The notes: generated by a model from the letters alone, not told the origin. A stretch of 63,665 nt of DNA, filler included, from Olpidium bornovanus S191 (GCA_017911155.1; 31 parts of 31 records of this genome joined end to end with filler, not necessarily neighbours in it), one strand, 5' to 3'. Shown: positions 25,706 to 38,491, counted from the whole stretch's first letter. A program made the numbers and translations.

Positions 25706-26799
25706 ATGGACATTTCGTTCGTCGAGGGCCGGGACAGCCGGCTGCGCAGCCTGGGCACCGACCTCTGGGGCGTCCAGGGGTACGTCCGGTCGCGGCTCCT
25801 GGGCAGGACAGTCGACATGTCGGTGCGCATGGTGGTCGTGCGGCTCGCCGCCGGGTCGCGCCGGGACCTGCTGGTCGTGTCCCCCTTCCCGCCGACCCGG
25901 GCCCTCCGCGCGCAGCTCGCCGACCTGGGCGACGTCAAGTACGTGTTTGCCCCCAACGCGTTCCACTACGCTTGGGCCGGCGAGTTCAAGCAGGCGTACG
26001 ACGCGGCCGTCCTGCTCGGCGTCGCGAGCCTTAGGAAGAAGCTCCTGAGGGACCGCCCGAAGGATTACCTACTCTTTGACAGGTTTCTCGACGGGCCGGA
26101 GGACGCGCCCGCAGGTGTGTTTGTGTGTGTGCAAGTGCGCGCTTGTGCGTGAACTGAGAGTGGGTACGGAGGTTTCGCTGGGTTGGACGTGGCCCAGGGC
26201 TGTGACCCGCTGGGCGAGGGGGAGAAACATATTATTACCCTTCCGACGACGACAACGACCCCGTCGCACCGGTCTCTACCCCGAGCAAACGACTCAGAAT
26301 CCGCGGTTACTTTCCAGAATGGGCCGCCGCCGGCGTCGACATCCTCAAAGTGCGCGGTTTCGATGTCATGGGCGAGTACTGGCTCTTCCACGCGCCGTCC
26401 CGAAGCCTTCTCGTGGCGGACCTGATCTTCAACTTCACGGGCGACGCGAAGTACGCCCTCCAGGCCCCGGCCTCCTGGCTCGCCGCCGCGGGGGGCCTCA
26501 ACGTCCCCGGGACCATGAACCGCGTGTACTACTACTGGATGGAAAACGTCCACGAGGTCGCGGCGTCGTTCGAGGAGGCGCTGGAGAGGTGGGATTTCGA
26601 CCGCGTCGTCGTCCTGCACGGCGACGCCGTCTCCGGCGACGGGAAGCGGTTTGTCAGGGAGGGCGTCCTGAAGCAGCTGTCCGAATGGAGCGCGAATCCG
26701 CCGCCGTCGCCCATGACGATTTTCGCGAAATCCGTCGCGGTAGTCAGCATCGCGTCGGTCTTGGCCTTTTACGGGCTGAGGGCCCTGAGATGGAAATAG
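25706..26799 (+). CDS. DUF4336-family (metallo-beta-lactamase-like) protein with C-terminal hydrophobic tail; exons 25706-26114 and 26318-26799, 296 aa
   Basis: VRMVVVRL...LLVVSP...LGDVKYVFAPNAFHY; FHAPSRSLLVADLIFN; WDFDRVVVLHGD; GT-AG intron splices in frame (PAEWAA). Confidence 0.82.
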
Positions 26800-26948
26800 G
26801 AAAGTTTTGGAGAAAATTCCCCGTTTGGCAGANNNNNNNNNNNNNNNNNNNNNNNNNNNNNNNNNNNNNNNNNNNNTTAATTAATTAANNNNNNNNNNNN
26901 NNNNNNNNNNNNNNNNNNNNNNNNNNNNNNNNCATGTCCGCTTTCCAG

Positions 26949-28270
26949 CTTACTACGGTTCGAGGACAACCTCCGGGTGCAGACATATTTCTTCGAGGCT
27001 GCTCAGGGTGCAGTCAAGGTGAGCAGGAGTTTTGGAGATTAATTTTCTGTAGACGCGCTTTTGCTGTTTTCGTCGGCGGTGGGACTAATCGGGAGTCCCG
27101 TCCGCCCGTAAGACGTATCTGGCATTGTTTGATGCTCCGCACGTGGATAAGCTCGAGAGCTGTGAGTAATTACGGGGTTTGTGGATACTCACAGGACCCG
27201 CGGTAGCGTCTGACTGCTCTAATTATCAGCGAGAATTTCCGAGGCCGAACTGAAGAAGGCTCGGAACAAAGCGAAGAAGGCCGAAGCGAGAGCGCGGAAG
27301 GGTGCGGAAAAGAATCAGGGGAAACAGGACGACTCGGAACCGTACGCGAAGGTGCGTCCGTTGTGTTGGTCTCGGCAAAGTTCTGCATGCCTTAGCGATT
27401 CCCCTTTTGACAAGGCTCACGACCACTAGATCGAGGATCCGCTGGCGGAGGCCCAGAAGTTCTTGGTCTCGCTTCATAGAATGGGTGGCCACAAGGTCGA
27501 AACTCACCTCCTCAGTTTTGAGGTTTACTTCCGGCAGAGTACGACTGGGGACACTGAGAAGAGCAGGTGCAAGTCCTGCGTGTTGTATTTCTGACGCTCC
27601 TTTCTGGTATTCGCAGGGAGGTACGCACTTGCCATGAAAGCCCTGAATGCGGCACGCTCCATCGACGCGGATCACCCGGAGGCGAACCGCGACGTTGTCC
27701 GTTTGTACATGCAGTGTGAGTACCCGGTGTTAGCAGGGAAGGAAACTCAACGCGTGGAAATTCACGAATGCTCGCGCGTGCTTTTTTTTTTTTGATAATC
27801 TTCAAGTGCGTGCGGAGCAGTGCGACGCGCACCCGGCTGTCAAACTTGCAGTGGGCGAGGAGCTCAACGCGATTCTCGGCAATGAGCCGCAAGCGCTTGA
27901 GACCTTCATTTTGTCGTCCACGAGGAAGAACCGGTCCGCCGCGTCGCTGATTGCCGGTAAGTGATTCGGGTCATCCCTCCCTTCATAACGCACAGCGATT
28001 GATGCTCACCTTCTCGCTGGAACGTTTGACAATCAAGCTGCGCGGAGCCTCCTCTGCATCAGCGAGACCAAACGCCCCGAAGCGGTCGCGCTGCTGATGT
28101 CAGTGCTCACCGGGGAGCGGAATTCCAAGCCGTCAGTGGCCGAGTGCGAGACCGTGCTGAACTGCCTTCTCCGGGAAGCAAAGGCGAAGGAAGACGCGGC
28201 GGCCTTCCGAGCGAAGGCGGCGGAGCTCTACCCGTACGCCACGGCGTTCCGCGCGGCAGAGCCGAATTAG
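26949..28270 (+). CDS. NAT1: NatA auxiliary subunit (Nat1/NAA15), C-terminal exons, 5'-partial
   Basis: LLRFEDNLR...YFFEAAQGAV; ELKKARNKAKKA; EDPLAEAQKFL...ETHLLSFEVYFRQ; ALAMKAL; ELYPYATAF before TAG 28268-28270. Confidence 0.85.
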
Positions 28271-28948
28271 AGGAACCCCGCCGAGAGCTTCCCAAAGCCT
28301 GGTTTTACGGAGGGTGGCGAAAAGTCTCTTAAATGTACTTTTTGTTTTTTTTTTTTTCCGTCGCTACCGAGTAATCGCGAAACCGAGTTTAGTAGAACCG
28401 GAGCGGAAAGGCGGGTCGGTTTTCTGGCGGGGAAAAGAAACCCAGCACCTTGCTCTCGACTGTTTTTAATGACGTTCAGCGGCGGTTTGCTACGTGCGGA
28501 CCTTTCCCGGGAAACCCGAACGCATGGTGTCGGTTGGACTGAACTCAGTTTCGGGAGGAACCACTGGGAAAAGGCTGACCTGCCACCGATTTTCCACCGG
28601 GCCGGCCACGCGCCTTGCCCCGCGCGTCCTGCAACCCGAAATTCGCCAGGAAGCATAGCCCCCAAGGAGAGGTTGCACACCGTCGGGTGGTTTTGATTCC
28701 GGGCGTATCCGGGACTCGACGGCTTCAGGACACGTAACCGCGGAGGAGCAGAGCTCCCCCGAGATCAGTTCCTGAAGGTGCCGGGCGCTTTACGCAGGCG
28801 GCGCGGGGCGATAAAGAGACAGTGCGCTCACCGGGCGGCCGCACTCGCCACACGCTCGTCGGAAAACATCTGCGGGCGCGCGAAACAGGAACAGAAGAGG
28901 AAAAAAAATAAAAAAAAAAAAAAAAAGAAAAAAAAGGAACAACAACTA

Positions 28949-29030
28949 GGACGCATAAAAACACGGGACGCGTAAAAAACAGGACGCGTAAAAAACAGGA
29001 CGCATAAAAAACACAGGACGCGTAAAAAAA
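28949..29030. repeat. Minisatellite, 5 copies of GGACGC(A/G)TAAAAA(A)C
   Basis: Copies at ~28949, 28966, 28982, 28998, 29016; three contain ACGCGT. Confidence 0.85.
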
Positions 29031-29182
29031 AAGAAAAAAACCGGAGGAGGGGGTAACCCCTTGCGCGCGCGTCTTTCAGCCTTTCGGGGATCCGGGGATC
29101 CCCGGGTTGTACGTCCGCGACGCGTGTTTTTCCGGCGCTTGATGGTCGCGGCTTTGCGGATTCGGTGGGGGGGGGGGGGAAA

Positions 29183-29218
<36 letters not shown>

Positions 29219-29876
29219 CGCGGCTTGCATCTTAAACCCGCGGTGGGGCACGGAGGGCCCGAAGGGGGGGGGGGGCGGTGGACTCGGGTGACGCCGCGCG
29301 CGCGAGAGGATTTTCGTTGCCCACGTGACTTCCGCGTGACTTCTGCTCCTCTTCTTTCGCTTTTCTGTTTCACACTCTGCCGAACGGCGCCGTCTAGAAA
29401 CGAAGAGGATTAGACGTGTTCACCTGGTGGTAGCGCGGCTCACCACGTTTTCCGCGAGTCTTGTCAGCTCCTCCTCTCAGTTTGTGCGGAAATCTTTCTC
29501 CTTGAAGCACTTTCACCTCATCAGCGTCAGGCACAAACGTGGCTGAATGATTCGCTCGCCTTCCGGTTTGGCCGGCGCGCAGAGCCCCGGGACTCACATT
29601 TACACGCGCAAGCTTTTCGACAGGCGGGCGTTACGTAACATGTCGGGCCTTCGTGGGGGAACGGCGAGAGCAACGTATTTTTTTTTTTTTTTTTTTTTTT
29701 CGCTGCCTGCTTGGTGGAGCCCGCCGGCGAAACAGCGGGAGGGTTTGGGAACACCGCGGNNNNNNNNNNNNNNNNNNNNNNNNNNNNNNNNNNNNNNNNN
29801 NNNTTAATTAATTAANNNNNNNNNNNNNNNNNNNNNNNNNNNNNNNNNNNNNNNNNNNNCCCCCCCCCCCCCCCCC

Positions 29877-29934
<58 letters not shown>

Positions 29935-29949
29935 AAAGGGGGGGGGGGG

Positions 29950-29985
<36 letters not shown>

Positions 29986-30021
29986 AACGAAAAAAAACCC
30001 CCCCACGTCGCGCGGAAAACA

Positions 30022-30990
30022 ATGTACTGCGCCGCCGCTCTGGCCGGCCTCAACGCGCTCGTCGCCCGGAGGGCCCCTCCGGCCGCCCGGGCCGTCCGCC
30101 GCCTCTGCCCGCGGCCCAGGCCGCGCTCGGCCTTCGCCGGCGCCGCCGCCGCGCGGGCCCCGGGACGTCGCTCGTTTCCCGTCGCGCTGCCGCCTGCCGC
30201 CGGCGGCGCGCAAGCCGCCGCCGCCGCCGCCCTTCGCGGCCGGTCGGCAAGCTCGCACAGTGCCTCCGCGGTTCCCGCCCCCGCCGCCGGGACCGCACGG
30301 CCACCGCCGCCGATCGACGTCAAACGCGTTTTGATTGTCGGCAGCGGGGGGCTCTCCATCGGCCAAGCCGGCGAGTTTGACTACTCCGGTGAGTGGCGAA
30401 CGGGATGGGGGCTGGGGGAATTGGGGGTTTTGCACTTTCAGTTTTCACACGCTCCCGGAGGCTGGTGGGTTCAATTGCAATACGCCTCTGCTGTCGCCTG
30501 CTTCGCGAGTGTTCCGAGGAGCTGTCGACTCCAATAGTCGCCTCTTGTTGCTCATCTACGCTGTCACCTGAACGCGCGGGGAGGCTGGTGACTTCAATAA
30601 ACTCGTCGTCACAAACGCCATCTCCGGCTCAACAACTGATTGCAGTCTCCTGCGCCGCTTCGCCAGGATCGCAGGCGATTAAAGCGCTCCGAGAGGCAAA
30701 TGTTGAGACCATCGTAATTAACCCGAACATCGCCACCACACAGACGTCCGATACGCTGGCGAGTGTGATATACTTTCTTCCCATCACTCCGGAGTACCTC
30801 ACTTACGTCCTGGAAAAAGAACGGCCTGACGGCATCCTGCTCACTTTCGGTGGGCAGACGGCGCTCAACTGCGGTATCCAACTTGACAAAATGGGCGTCT
30901 TCGACCGGCTCAACGTCAAAGTCCTGGGAACTCCCATCAGAACTCTGGAGGTCAGCGAGGATCGAGATCTATTTGCGGCCGCCCTCAAAG
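30022..30990 (+). CDS. CPA2: Arginine-specific carbamoyl-phosphate synthetase large chain with mitochondrial presequence, 3'-partial; exons 30022-30388 and 30667-30990
   Basis: Arg/Ala-rich N-terminus, then [24 protein letters not shown]|SQAIKAL...NPNIAT...[19 protein letters not shown]; no glutaminase or CAD domain upstream. Confidence 0.92.
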
Positions 30991-31208
30991 GTTCACATTC
31001 GGCTGGGGACCGATCTCTTGTGACGCTTTCTTCCGTCGCGCATGANNNNNNNNNNNNNNNNNNNNNNNNNNNNNNNNNNNNNNNNNNNNTTAATTAATTA
31101 ANNNNNNNNNNNNNNNNNNNNNNNNNNNNNNNNNNNNNNNNNNNNGCTTGTTGCAAAAATCTGGAAACAAACGAAGGACAGAAGAAATAGTAAACAAAAA
31201 ATACGTAC

Positions 31209-33199
31209 CATTTTGCTGAGATTAGCGGGGTTCCTGTCCTCAAAGTATCCTGGGTTGGGAATCATGCGCGGCTTCCACACGCCCTTGTAAGCCGGATTGT
31301 CGATCATCGGCGGCTTCCACTTGCCCTTGTAAAGAGGGTTCCGCTTCATCGGAGTGCTCCACTTGCCGCACCCGGCTGCCTTCTCGCACTTGGGATTGAG
31401 GATCGTCGGAGGCACCCACTCGCCGTCCTCCTCATCGTTCCAGTCATGCGGTTTGACGGCATCTATGAAGAAAATTCCGCAATCAGAGAAATTCAAACGC
31501 GCGTCAATCCATTCGCGGCACAATTGGAAAGAAAAAGTATTTGAGGACTAACCAGGGTCAGGAATAGTTTCCGTCTCATCCTCATACCAATCGTCGGGCT
31601 TCTTGGCATCCACGTCCAGGATCTCAAACGGCTCATCCTCGTCCCAATCGTCCGGCTTTTTCGCGTCTATATTCGACAGCGGCGACGCTAGTCACTCAAC
31701 TGTCCGAACAAACCGCGAAGATTTAGACAAGTCACATACCGGGATCAGGTATCTTCGCCTCGTCAACCCAGTCAGCCGGTTTGGTGTCGTTGGAATCGAC
31801 GACCTCTTTTGGCGGGTTAACGGGCGGCTTGAAGTTCTCGAGCAGGCTTCCTGACGACACCTTATCGTCATTGACACGGATCTCATATGTGTTGTCAGGC
31901 CTGCGCGAACAAACAATACGCTAGTAAATTGGTATACTTTTCGCAGCACAAATGGCTCAAACGCAAAAGACCCCCTCCCTCCTCCGGCTCCCGAGGCGAA
32001 CAAGTGCAAAATCGTACCGGACAATGAGAGTGTACAGGGTGCTGAGCTTGTCAGTCCGCGCAAAAGGAGGGGACTCGAGTTGCTTCTCCTCGGACTCGCC
32101 AGTTATCGGGTTCTTGTGATGGAAAATGAAGTGCACCTTGTTGGTGGATCCACACTTGTCAGGACCGAACATCAGACTGCAACGGCGGAGGGCAAAATAT
32201 TAGGCTCCGGGTTAGCCAAACCGCAAACGAAAAATTTTTGAGAAAAAGCGTGAAAAAATTCTCGCTTGTTGCAGGCGCAAAACAAAGAAAAAATCCACGT
32301 AATAAGTCAAAAAACTGTGAGAAAGTGGTATATAAAGGCGCACGTGTAGGGAGTCTCGTTGGTGAAATCCTTGGCTTGGAAGCTCTTCGCGTCGTTCGCT
32401 TGCAAGAGCTTGAGATAAGCACCGCCGCATTCCAGACCTTGCTGCATCTTGACTTCGTACTGAACAACTAAGTCCTTCCCCGCTGGGTCGATGGGCGCAG
32501 CAAAGGGCGCGGATATGGCGTGGAAGGCGGCGGCAGTCTTGAGCACAAGTCCCCGGTCGTGTTTGAGGCCCGGGTAGACAGTGGCCTCCTCCACTGCCCA
32601 CCTGCCCCGGTACCTCCAGAGGTCCGGGTCGTTCCCAGAGTCTTCGCCACCGGACTTCTTGGTCGCCTCCGACGGGCTCCAGCGCTTATCCCAGTCATCA
32701 AGGAATTGCTCGACAAAAAGAGCTTTCCGCGTCGAAGGCTGGGTTGCAAGGCAAGATATAAAACAAAGTTTTTGGAAAACGTATACGGCGCGGACGAACG
32801 CAAAAAAGGCAAGTTTGCGTATAGCGAGGGTAAACGGGCGCGTCTTTTCCAGCTTCAAGTTCATGTCTGCCCGAGCTGGCTTTCTTCTGCACCGCGGAAA
32901 AAGAGAGGCTTTCTTCGCAACGCGAAAGAGGCCTCGGTCGGGCCCCCAAGGCACAGATGTCCCCTTTCGCCCTTCTGCCCGCTTTTTCGAAGGTCCCCTC
33001 GTACAATCTTGCCAGCAGACCCTTTTCCAAGACTCACGTTAAACTCCGCACGCGGCTCGTCGGCCTTCGCGGCGGAGTCTGCGGGCTCCGGCCCTGCGGC
33101 TGCTGCTTTTGGACTTCCCTCTTGGTGTTCGGCAACCGCGGCCGAGACCGCAGCCACTCCAAGGACGACGGCGGCCACGAGGGTAAGGGACGAGCGCAT
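31209..33199 (-). CDS. CNE1: Calnexin, multi-exon, 3'-partial
   Basis: Signal peptide [20 protein letters not shown]; LVVQYEVK...[11 protein letters not shown]; MFGPDKCG; KPxDW P-domain repeats; [18 protein letters not shown]. Confidence 0.96.
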
Positions 33200-33353
33200 C
33201 GTGCGGTTAAGGCCTTTGGGTCGTCCTCGTTTTGGCGGGGGGGGGGGGGGGTTGGGGGGGGGGGGGGAACGCTGCGGGGAGCGGGAATTTGTTCCAGCAT
33301 GATCGCAGGCTGCTCGACGCGTTATTGGCATGAAACGCCAGTCACTAAACGAA

Positions 33354-33403
33354 ATCAACTAGGTAGCGCAGTCCGAATATCAACTAGGTAGCGCAGTCCG
33401 AAT
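33354..33403. repeat. Perfect 25-bp tandem duplication upstream of calnexin
   Basis: ATCAACTAGGTAGCGCAGTCCGAAT twice. Confidence 0.95.
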
Positions 33404-35070
33404 TACCTACACCTCGATGAGCTTCGCTCCCTCAGAGATGTCACCAAGANNNNNNNNNNNNNNNNNNNNNNNNNNNNNNNNNNNNNNNNNNNNTTAATTA
33501 ATTAANNNNNNNNNNNNNNNNNNNNNNNNNNNNNNNNNNNNNNNNNNNNTCTCTCTCTTTCTCTTCTCTCTGTCTTTTTTTTCTCTCTCTCTCTATTGCC
33601 GGCATCACGCTCCCGAATACCTCTTTTTTTTTTCTCTTGCCGCCACCGCTCCTCTCTCTCTCTCTCTCTCTGTCGACACCCCCCTTCCTCTCCGCCTTCC
33701 CTACGTCATCATCCACCCCGCGACAAGGCGGCAGCATTACGTGTTTTCCTGGCCGCGCGCGTTTGCCGGTAGCGGCACTGGGTTGACTCGGAAGACCAGG
33801 CGCCGACCGCATGCCCTCGGCCTACCCTGGGAATTGCAAAAAAAAGTCACATAAATAATATGAATAATATATATAGTATTAATTATATACATAATAATAA
33901 ATAAATAGTTTTCAGACGCAGGGCGGGAACGGGGATTGATCTGGAGGTTCCGCTTGTGCCAATTCGCCTAGAAGGATCTCTTTCTCTCTCCCCCAAAAAA
34001 AAGAAAGAAAAAAAAATTGACCCGAACGCCGCGCAAACGGAGCGGAAGAAAATCTTCCCGTTAATGCATTTTGCTCGTCTCAATGGCGGGGAAAAAAAAA
34101 ACCAGCAGGAGTAAAGTGTTCGTCCAACAGCAGAAGAAAACAAGCGAATTTTGCAAACTCAAAACGGGGGAGGGGGGAAGCTCGGACCGTGACCGAACGG
34201 GGAGCGCCCGTGCTTGCAACGCGCGGGAAGAAAACGGGCCCGCCGCCCTTCCTTATGTCCGGCGGCGGGGCGGTGGTGGTGGCGGTGGCGGTGTCGGTGA
34301 TGAACCCGGAAGGAACACGGCAGCGCGGCGAGTCCGCGAGAAGAAGGTAAAAACAACCGAAATCTTTCTTTGTTTTGTTCAGGAGCCACTTGCCACATTG
34401 CCGAGCACAGCGCACTATTATTCCCCCAATTGTCTCACGTCGTATCTGTGTGCCGTATCTGTGGCAGGCCTCTTTTATATGGCGGGAAACGAAGGACATT
34501 ACGGGAAGGGGGGCAACGGGGGGGACTGGTGCGCGCTGTGCATTATATCCAACAAGGAGGCGGCGGGGTGAGGTGGCGGCTGCGGCGGCGGGGTGAGGTG
34601 GCGGCGGCGGCGGCGGGGTGAGGTGCCGGCGGCGGCGTTTTGCTGCCGCGTTTCTTCGCCTTTCCTCCCCTTTTGCGGTTTTTTCTGCCCGCCCCGGGAG
34701 AAGGGAAAAAATCCCACCCGCCGAAAAGCCAAAAAAAAAAAAAAAAAAAAAAAAAAAATTCCCGCGCGGGGGGCAAAAAGCCCGCCGCGCCGAAGGGAAA
34801 CGGGAAGAGAGAGAGAGAGCGAGAGACGAGAGGCAGGCGCCGACACGCCCCGAGGCCCCGCATGGTCAAGAAGAGAAGAAAGGCGCGCAGGGCCGCCGCC
34901 GCCGCCGCCGAGGAGGAGGAGGAGGCCGAAGACCCCAGCACCGGCGGGACTACGCCCGCCTCCGCAGACACCGCCGGCGAGCACGACCGCGGCCGCGGCG
35001 GGGACCACGACGCCGCCGCCGCCGAAGGCCTCCTCCTCCTCCGGTCGGCGGGAGGCGGCGGGCCCGCGGG

Positions 35071-35106
<36 letters not shown>

Positions 35107-35249
35107 CCGGCCGCCCCCCCCCCCCCCCCCTCCCCCCACANNNNNNNNNNNNNNNNNNNNNNNNNNNNNNNNNNNNNNNNNNNNTTAATTAATTAANNNN
35201 NNNNNNNNNNNNNNNNNNNNNNNNNNNNNNNNNNNNNNNNTCGGACATA

Positions 35250-35860
35250 GCCATCTTCTTTGCCGCCCCATCAAACCGGGCCGGCCATAATGAAATTCCC
35301 TTGGTCATCAACTGATTGACAAAATTGGATCACCCTGATACCCGCTAGCTCTAAAAACATGACAGAGAAGGTTGCCAGTCAGTTCGTCAGCCACTACGTC
35401 CGGCAGTTTAAGTTTCTTCGCCGAATTTCACCGACCGGAACTGGACGTCTCGCTTCTGGACCGCCGTCTGCAAACACTTCGGTGTCGCCCTAGACATCAC
35501 GACCGCCCGCCACCAGCAAGCCAATGGCCTGGCAGAAGTCTCCGTCAAGCTTGTCAAGCACGTCCTTACAGTTGCTCTTGCTCGTGCAGGGGACTGGTTA
35601 GATGCGTTGACAGTGATTAAAGCAACGCTAAACGACACACCGCACTCCTCCACATGCCAGTCGACATTCTTCCTATCATACGGTGAGAAAACCAACCTCG
35701 GCGTCAACCCTTCTCCCTCCACAGTCCCGTTAGCATACCAGCTCGCCCGTAGATATCATCACGTCAACACGGGAGTCGCTACGACACACACAGCACTGCC
35801 AAATAGCGGCATGCAACAAACGCAGAATCCACCGATCCTTCCAACCAAACAACTTGGTCT
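35250..35860 (+). mobile_element. Degenerate Ty3/Gypsy integrase core remnant
   Basis: SRFWTAVCKHFGVALDITTARHQQANGLAE...DWLDAL...NDTPHSST...FLSYG matches the integrase core pattern; frameshifted. Confidence 0.75.
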
Positions 35861-36423
35861 TTTTGTTAGGGGAGGGAAAAACGTAGCAGAGGGAGCCTAG
35901 TCGTGCCCTTTTTTTCTGGCCCCTTCTGCTGCCCTTTGCCCGCCCCACCCCCTTCCCCGCCCTACCCAATCCACACAAGAAAACGCCAGGGGCCCGGCGG
36001 CACCCCGCGCGCGGGTAAACAGGGCCACCCGAAATAACTTCGTCGAAGGAGAGAGCTCCACCACACTCTGGTGCTGAGTGGCGATCGCCGCGAAACGAGA
36101 AATACGAACCCGCGGATATGGCGACGCAAAGCTCATAACCCGGTGGCAATTGCACAAGACCAGCTCTCGACGCAACTTCCGCCGGATTCCCGCCGCGCAA
36201 AAAAGCACGTTGAAAGTTGGAAACTGCCCCCTTCTCTGGTCGTCAAACCTGCGGCTGCTCACTTCCCCTCGCCCGCGCTGTTTGGGCCGGTTGTGCGCAG
36301 CCATCGACGATCTGCTCGGTGCGCAGTCGTTTCAGTTTTTTCTCCTAAATTTGACCTATTACTATCTTTCCTATCATAATTTCTCGCATTTCAAACGTGT
36401 TATTTACTGGGACTAATAAAATC

Positions 36424-36705
36424 TCAAACCGGAACCTGGAACCTTCGCCTGTTGATGCTCGCGGAAATATTCTTTCCCATGAACTCTACTCCGTCGATTT
36501 TCGCGGCGACTCTCCGTGCGTCCTCCCGCGTGGCCAGTCGCACAAAGCCGTGGCCCTCGGCCAGATTGTTCCGCATGTGCATAGAGACGCCCTCCACCGG
36601 GCCGTGTTCCGAACAAAGCAAACCAAGCGCCTTAGCGCCGCAACCGCCGGAGAGGTTGCGAACGAACACGACGGCCGCGCTGTCTTTCCACACGAAATCG
36701 ACCAT
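36424..36705 (-). CDS. Single RRM domain (small protein or last exon)
   Basis: RNP2-like VFVRNL, RNP1-like GHGFVRLA, followed by EDARRVAAKIDGVEFMGKNI. Confidence 0.65.
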   Translation of the reverse strand: MVDFVWKDSAAVVFVRNLSGGCGAKALGLLCSEHGPVEGVSMHMRNNLAEGHGFVRLATREDARRVAAKIDGVEFMGKNISASINRRRFQVPV

Positions 36706-36918
36706 GAGTTTCCGCCCAAGAAAATTCGCCTGGTTGGTGGTATTCTTGGCTTCCTGCGCTGCGCGCCTATTCTTAAATCGTACGAAACCAAAGCACCAGT
36801 TTCGGCCTTGATTTGCAANNNNNNNNNNNNNNNNNNNNNNNNNNNNNNNNNNNNNNNNNNNNTTAATTAATTAANNNNNNNNNNNNNNNNNNNNNNNNNN
36901 NNNNNNNNNNNNNNNNNN

Positions 36919-37788
36919 AGGACGTCACCGCGTTCAGTTATGGACGTGTTCCACGGCCAGCGAGCGAGAGCAACGGCCGTCAGGCAGGCCTCGGCGGAGT
37001 TCACGAGCGTGCGGGTGGAACAGAACCAGTTCCACCATGAAGTCAGCTGCAGCACCAGGGCGAACTTTGCGATCCGATGGTTCCGAAATAGATTGAACGC
37101 CAACATGTACACGTTCCAGTCCCCGACGGCCGCGACGGCGGCTTGGGTTAGCATCGGGACGTAGATCTTTAAGGCGAAAGTTCCGACCCGGGCGTTATTG
37201 GCGTTCTCTCGAATCGTTGCGCAAGGTTATACACCTGTATAAATTGGCCACCCGTCCTACGTACGAGCAACTCCGTATCGTCAAGGCGACATATCTGCAA
37301 CAGCTTATATCCCGCCGCAATCAGCAAGGGGTGCGCATAGCCGCGGATACCTTCAGCCCATTCCCAGGTTAGGTAACCGAATGTGTTTTGCAAAATGGCG
37401 CGAAGTGTCAAAGAAGCTTTTGGCAGCGAGCTCCCGGTCACTTCTGCGGGCGGACGCGCCCCGCAACAGATGATCAGAAAGGATATCCAAAAACCAGCCT
37501 GTGTGCGACCTCAAGCGACTGCCAATACTCGTCAGGAACGTAGAAGGTTTTCAGGGCGAACGCGTTAAACACTCGGAAGGCCAGCAGCATAGCAAACGCG
37601 CGAGTCCGCGGTGTCACAGAGAACGGCGTTATTGCAGGCCGTTGGCGGAGCTTTGCTGTCGTAGGCGTCACGCTCACAAAACCGTTGTCGTCGGCAGGGT
37701 CTACGGACGCGGCTGCAACGAAACGGTCCCGGATGTGCTGGGTCCGTTCCCTGCGCAAGCCGCGCGCGCGCGCGGCGTCGTCGCCCAT
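36919..37788 (-). CDS. GPI10: GPI mannosyltransferase 3 (PIG-B/Gpi10), 3'-partial, multi-exon
   Basis: FRVFNAFALKTFYVPDEYWQSLEVAHRLVF; GYLTWEW...IRGYAHP; SWWNWFCSTRTLVNSAEACLT. Confidence 0.93.
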
Positions 37789-38174
37789 TGCACACCAAGA
37801 ACGGCAACGCAGAGAGCGCGAGAGGGGGATTGGGGGGAACAGTTCTTGGCGCACCGCAGCGCCAGCGGCGCAGCAGGACGGGACGAACTGCGAATGCCGC
37901 ACGCGTCCGGTCGGTGCGCCAGGCGCGGGTGACAAGGGCTGGGAAACGACGCTCTGCGGCCGGAGCAACGCGCCCCCGCGCTGGAGAAGGGATAGCCGGA
38001 GGGGCAGCAGGGCGCCGCGTGGGAGTTGGCGGCGGCGGCGGCGGCGACCCAGCTGGCGCAACGGAGCCTAATCCTCTTAGAGTCGGGTGTGGTCGTCGGG
38101 GAAAGATCGTCCTGCTGGCCGCCGCCGTCAGCGTCGGGGGTTCCCCGCCGGTCTGCGCGCTTCGCCCTTTCTGC

Positions 38175-38391
38175 CTACGCCGGCTCCACCCGCACCCACA
38201 CCCACCCTGCCCACACGATAGAATGCGCCATTGTATAGCGCCCCTCGGTACCCTCTGGATGAGAGAGTACCGCCGTCCCGTGTACGACGGCGTTGCCAAA
38301 AAACCAGAGGAGGTTATCCTCCTCGGGCCAGTACACGTCGTACTCTGGCAGTACAAATTCCCCGCCCGAAATCGGGCCGCCGCGCTCCATG
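38175..38391 (-). CDS. C-terminal half of a 2OG-Fe(II) dioxygenase, possibly TET/JBP-type; 5' part cut by contig end
   Basis: GGEFVLPEYDV...LLWFFGNAVVHGT...RYTMAH fits the distal His and 2OG-binding Arg strands of the DSBH fold; the HxD motif is missing because of truncation. Confidence 0.55.
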
Positions 38392-38491
38392 NNNNNNNNN
38401 NNNNNNNNNNNNNNNNNNNNNNNNNNNNNNNNNNNTTAATTAATTAANNNNNNNNNNNNNNNNNNNNNNNNNNNNNNNNNNNNNNNNNNNN

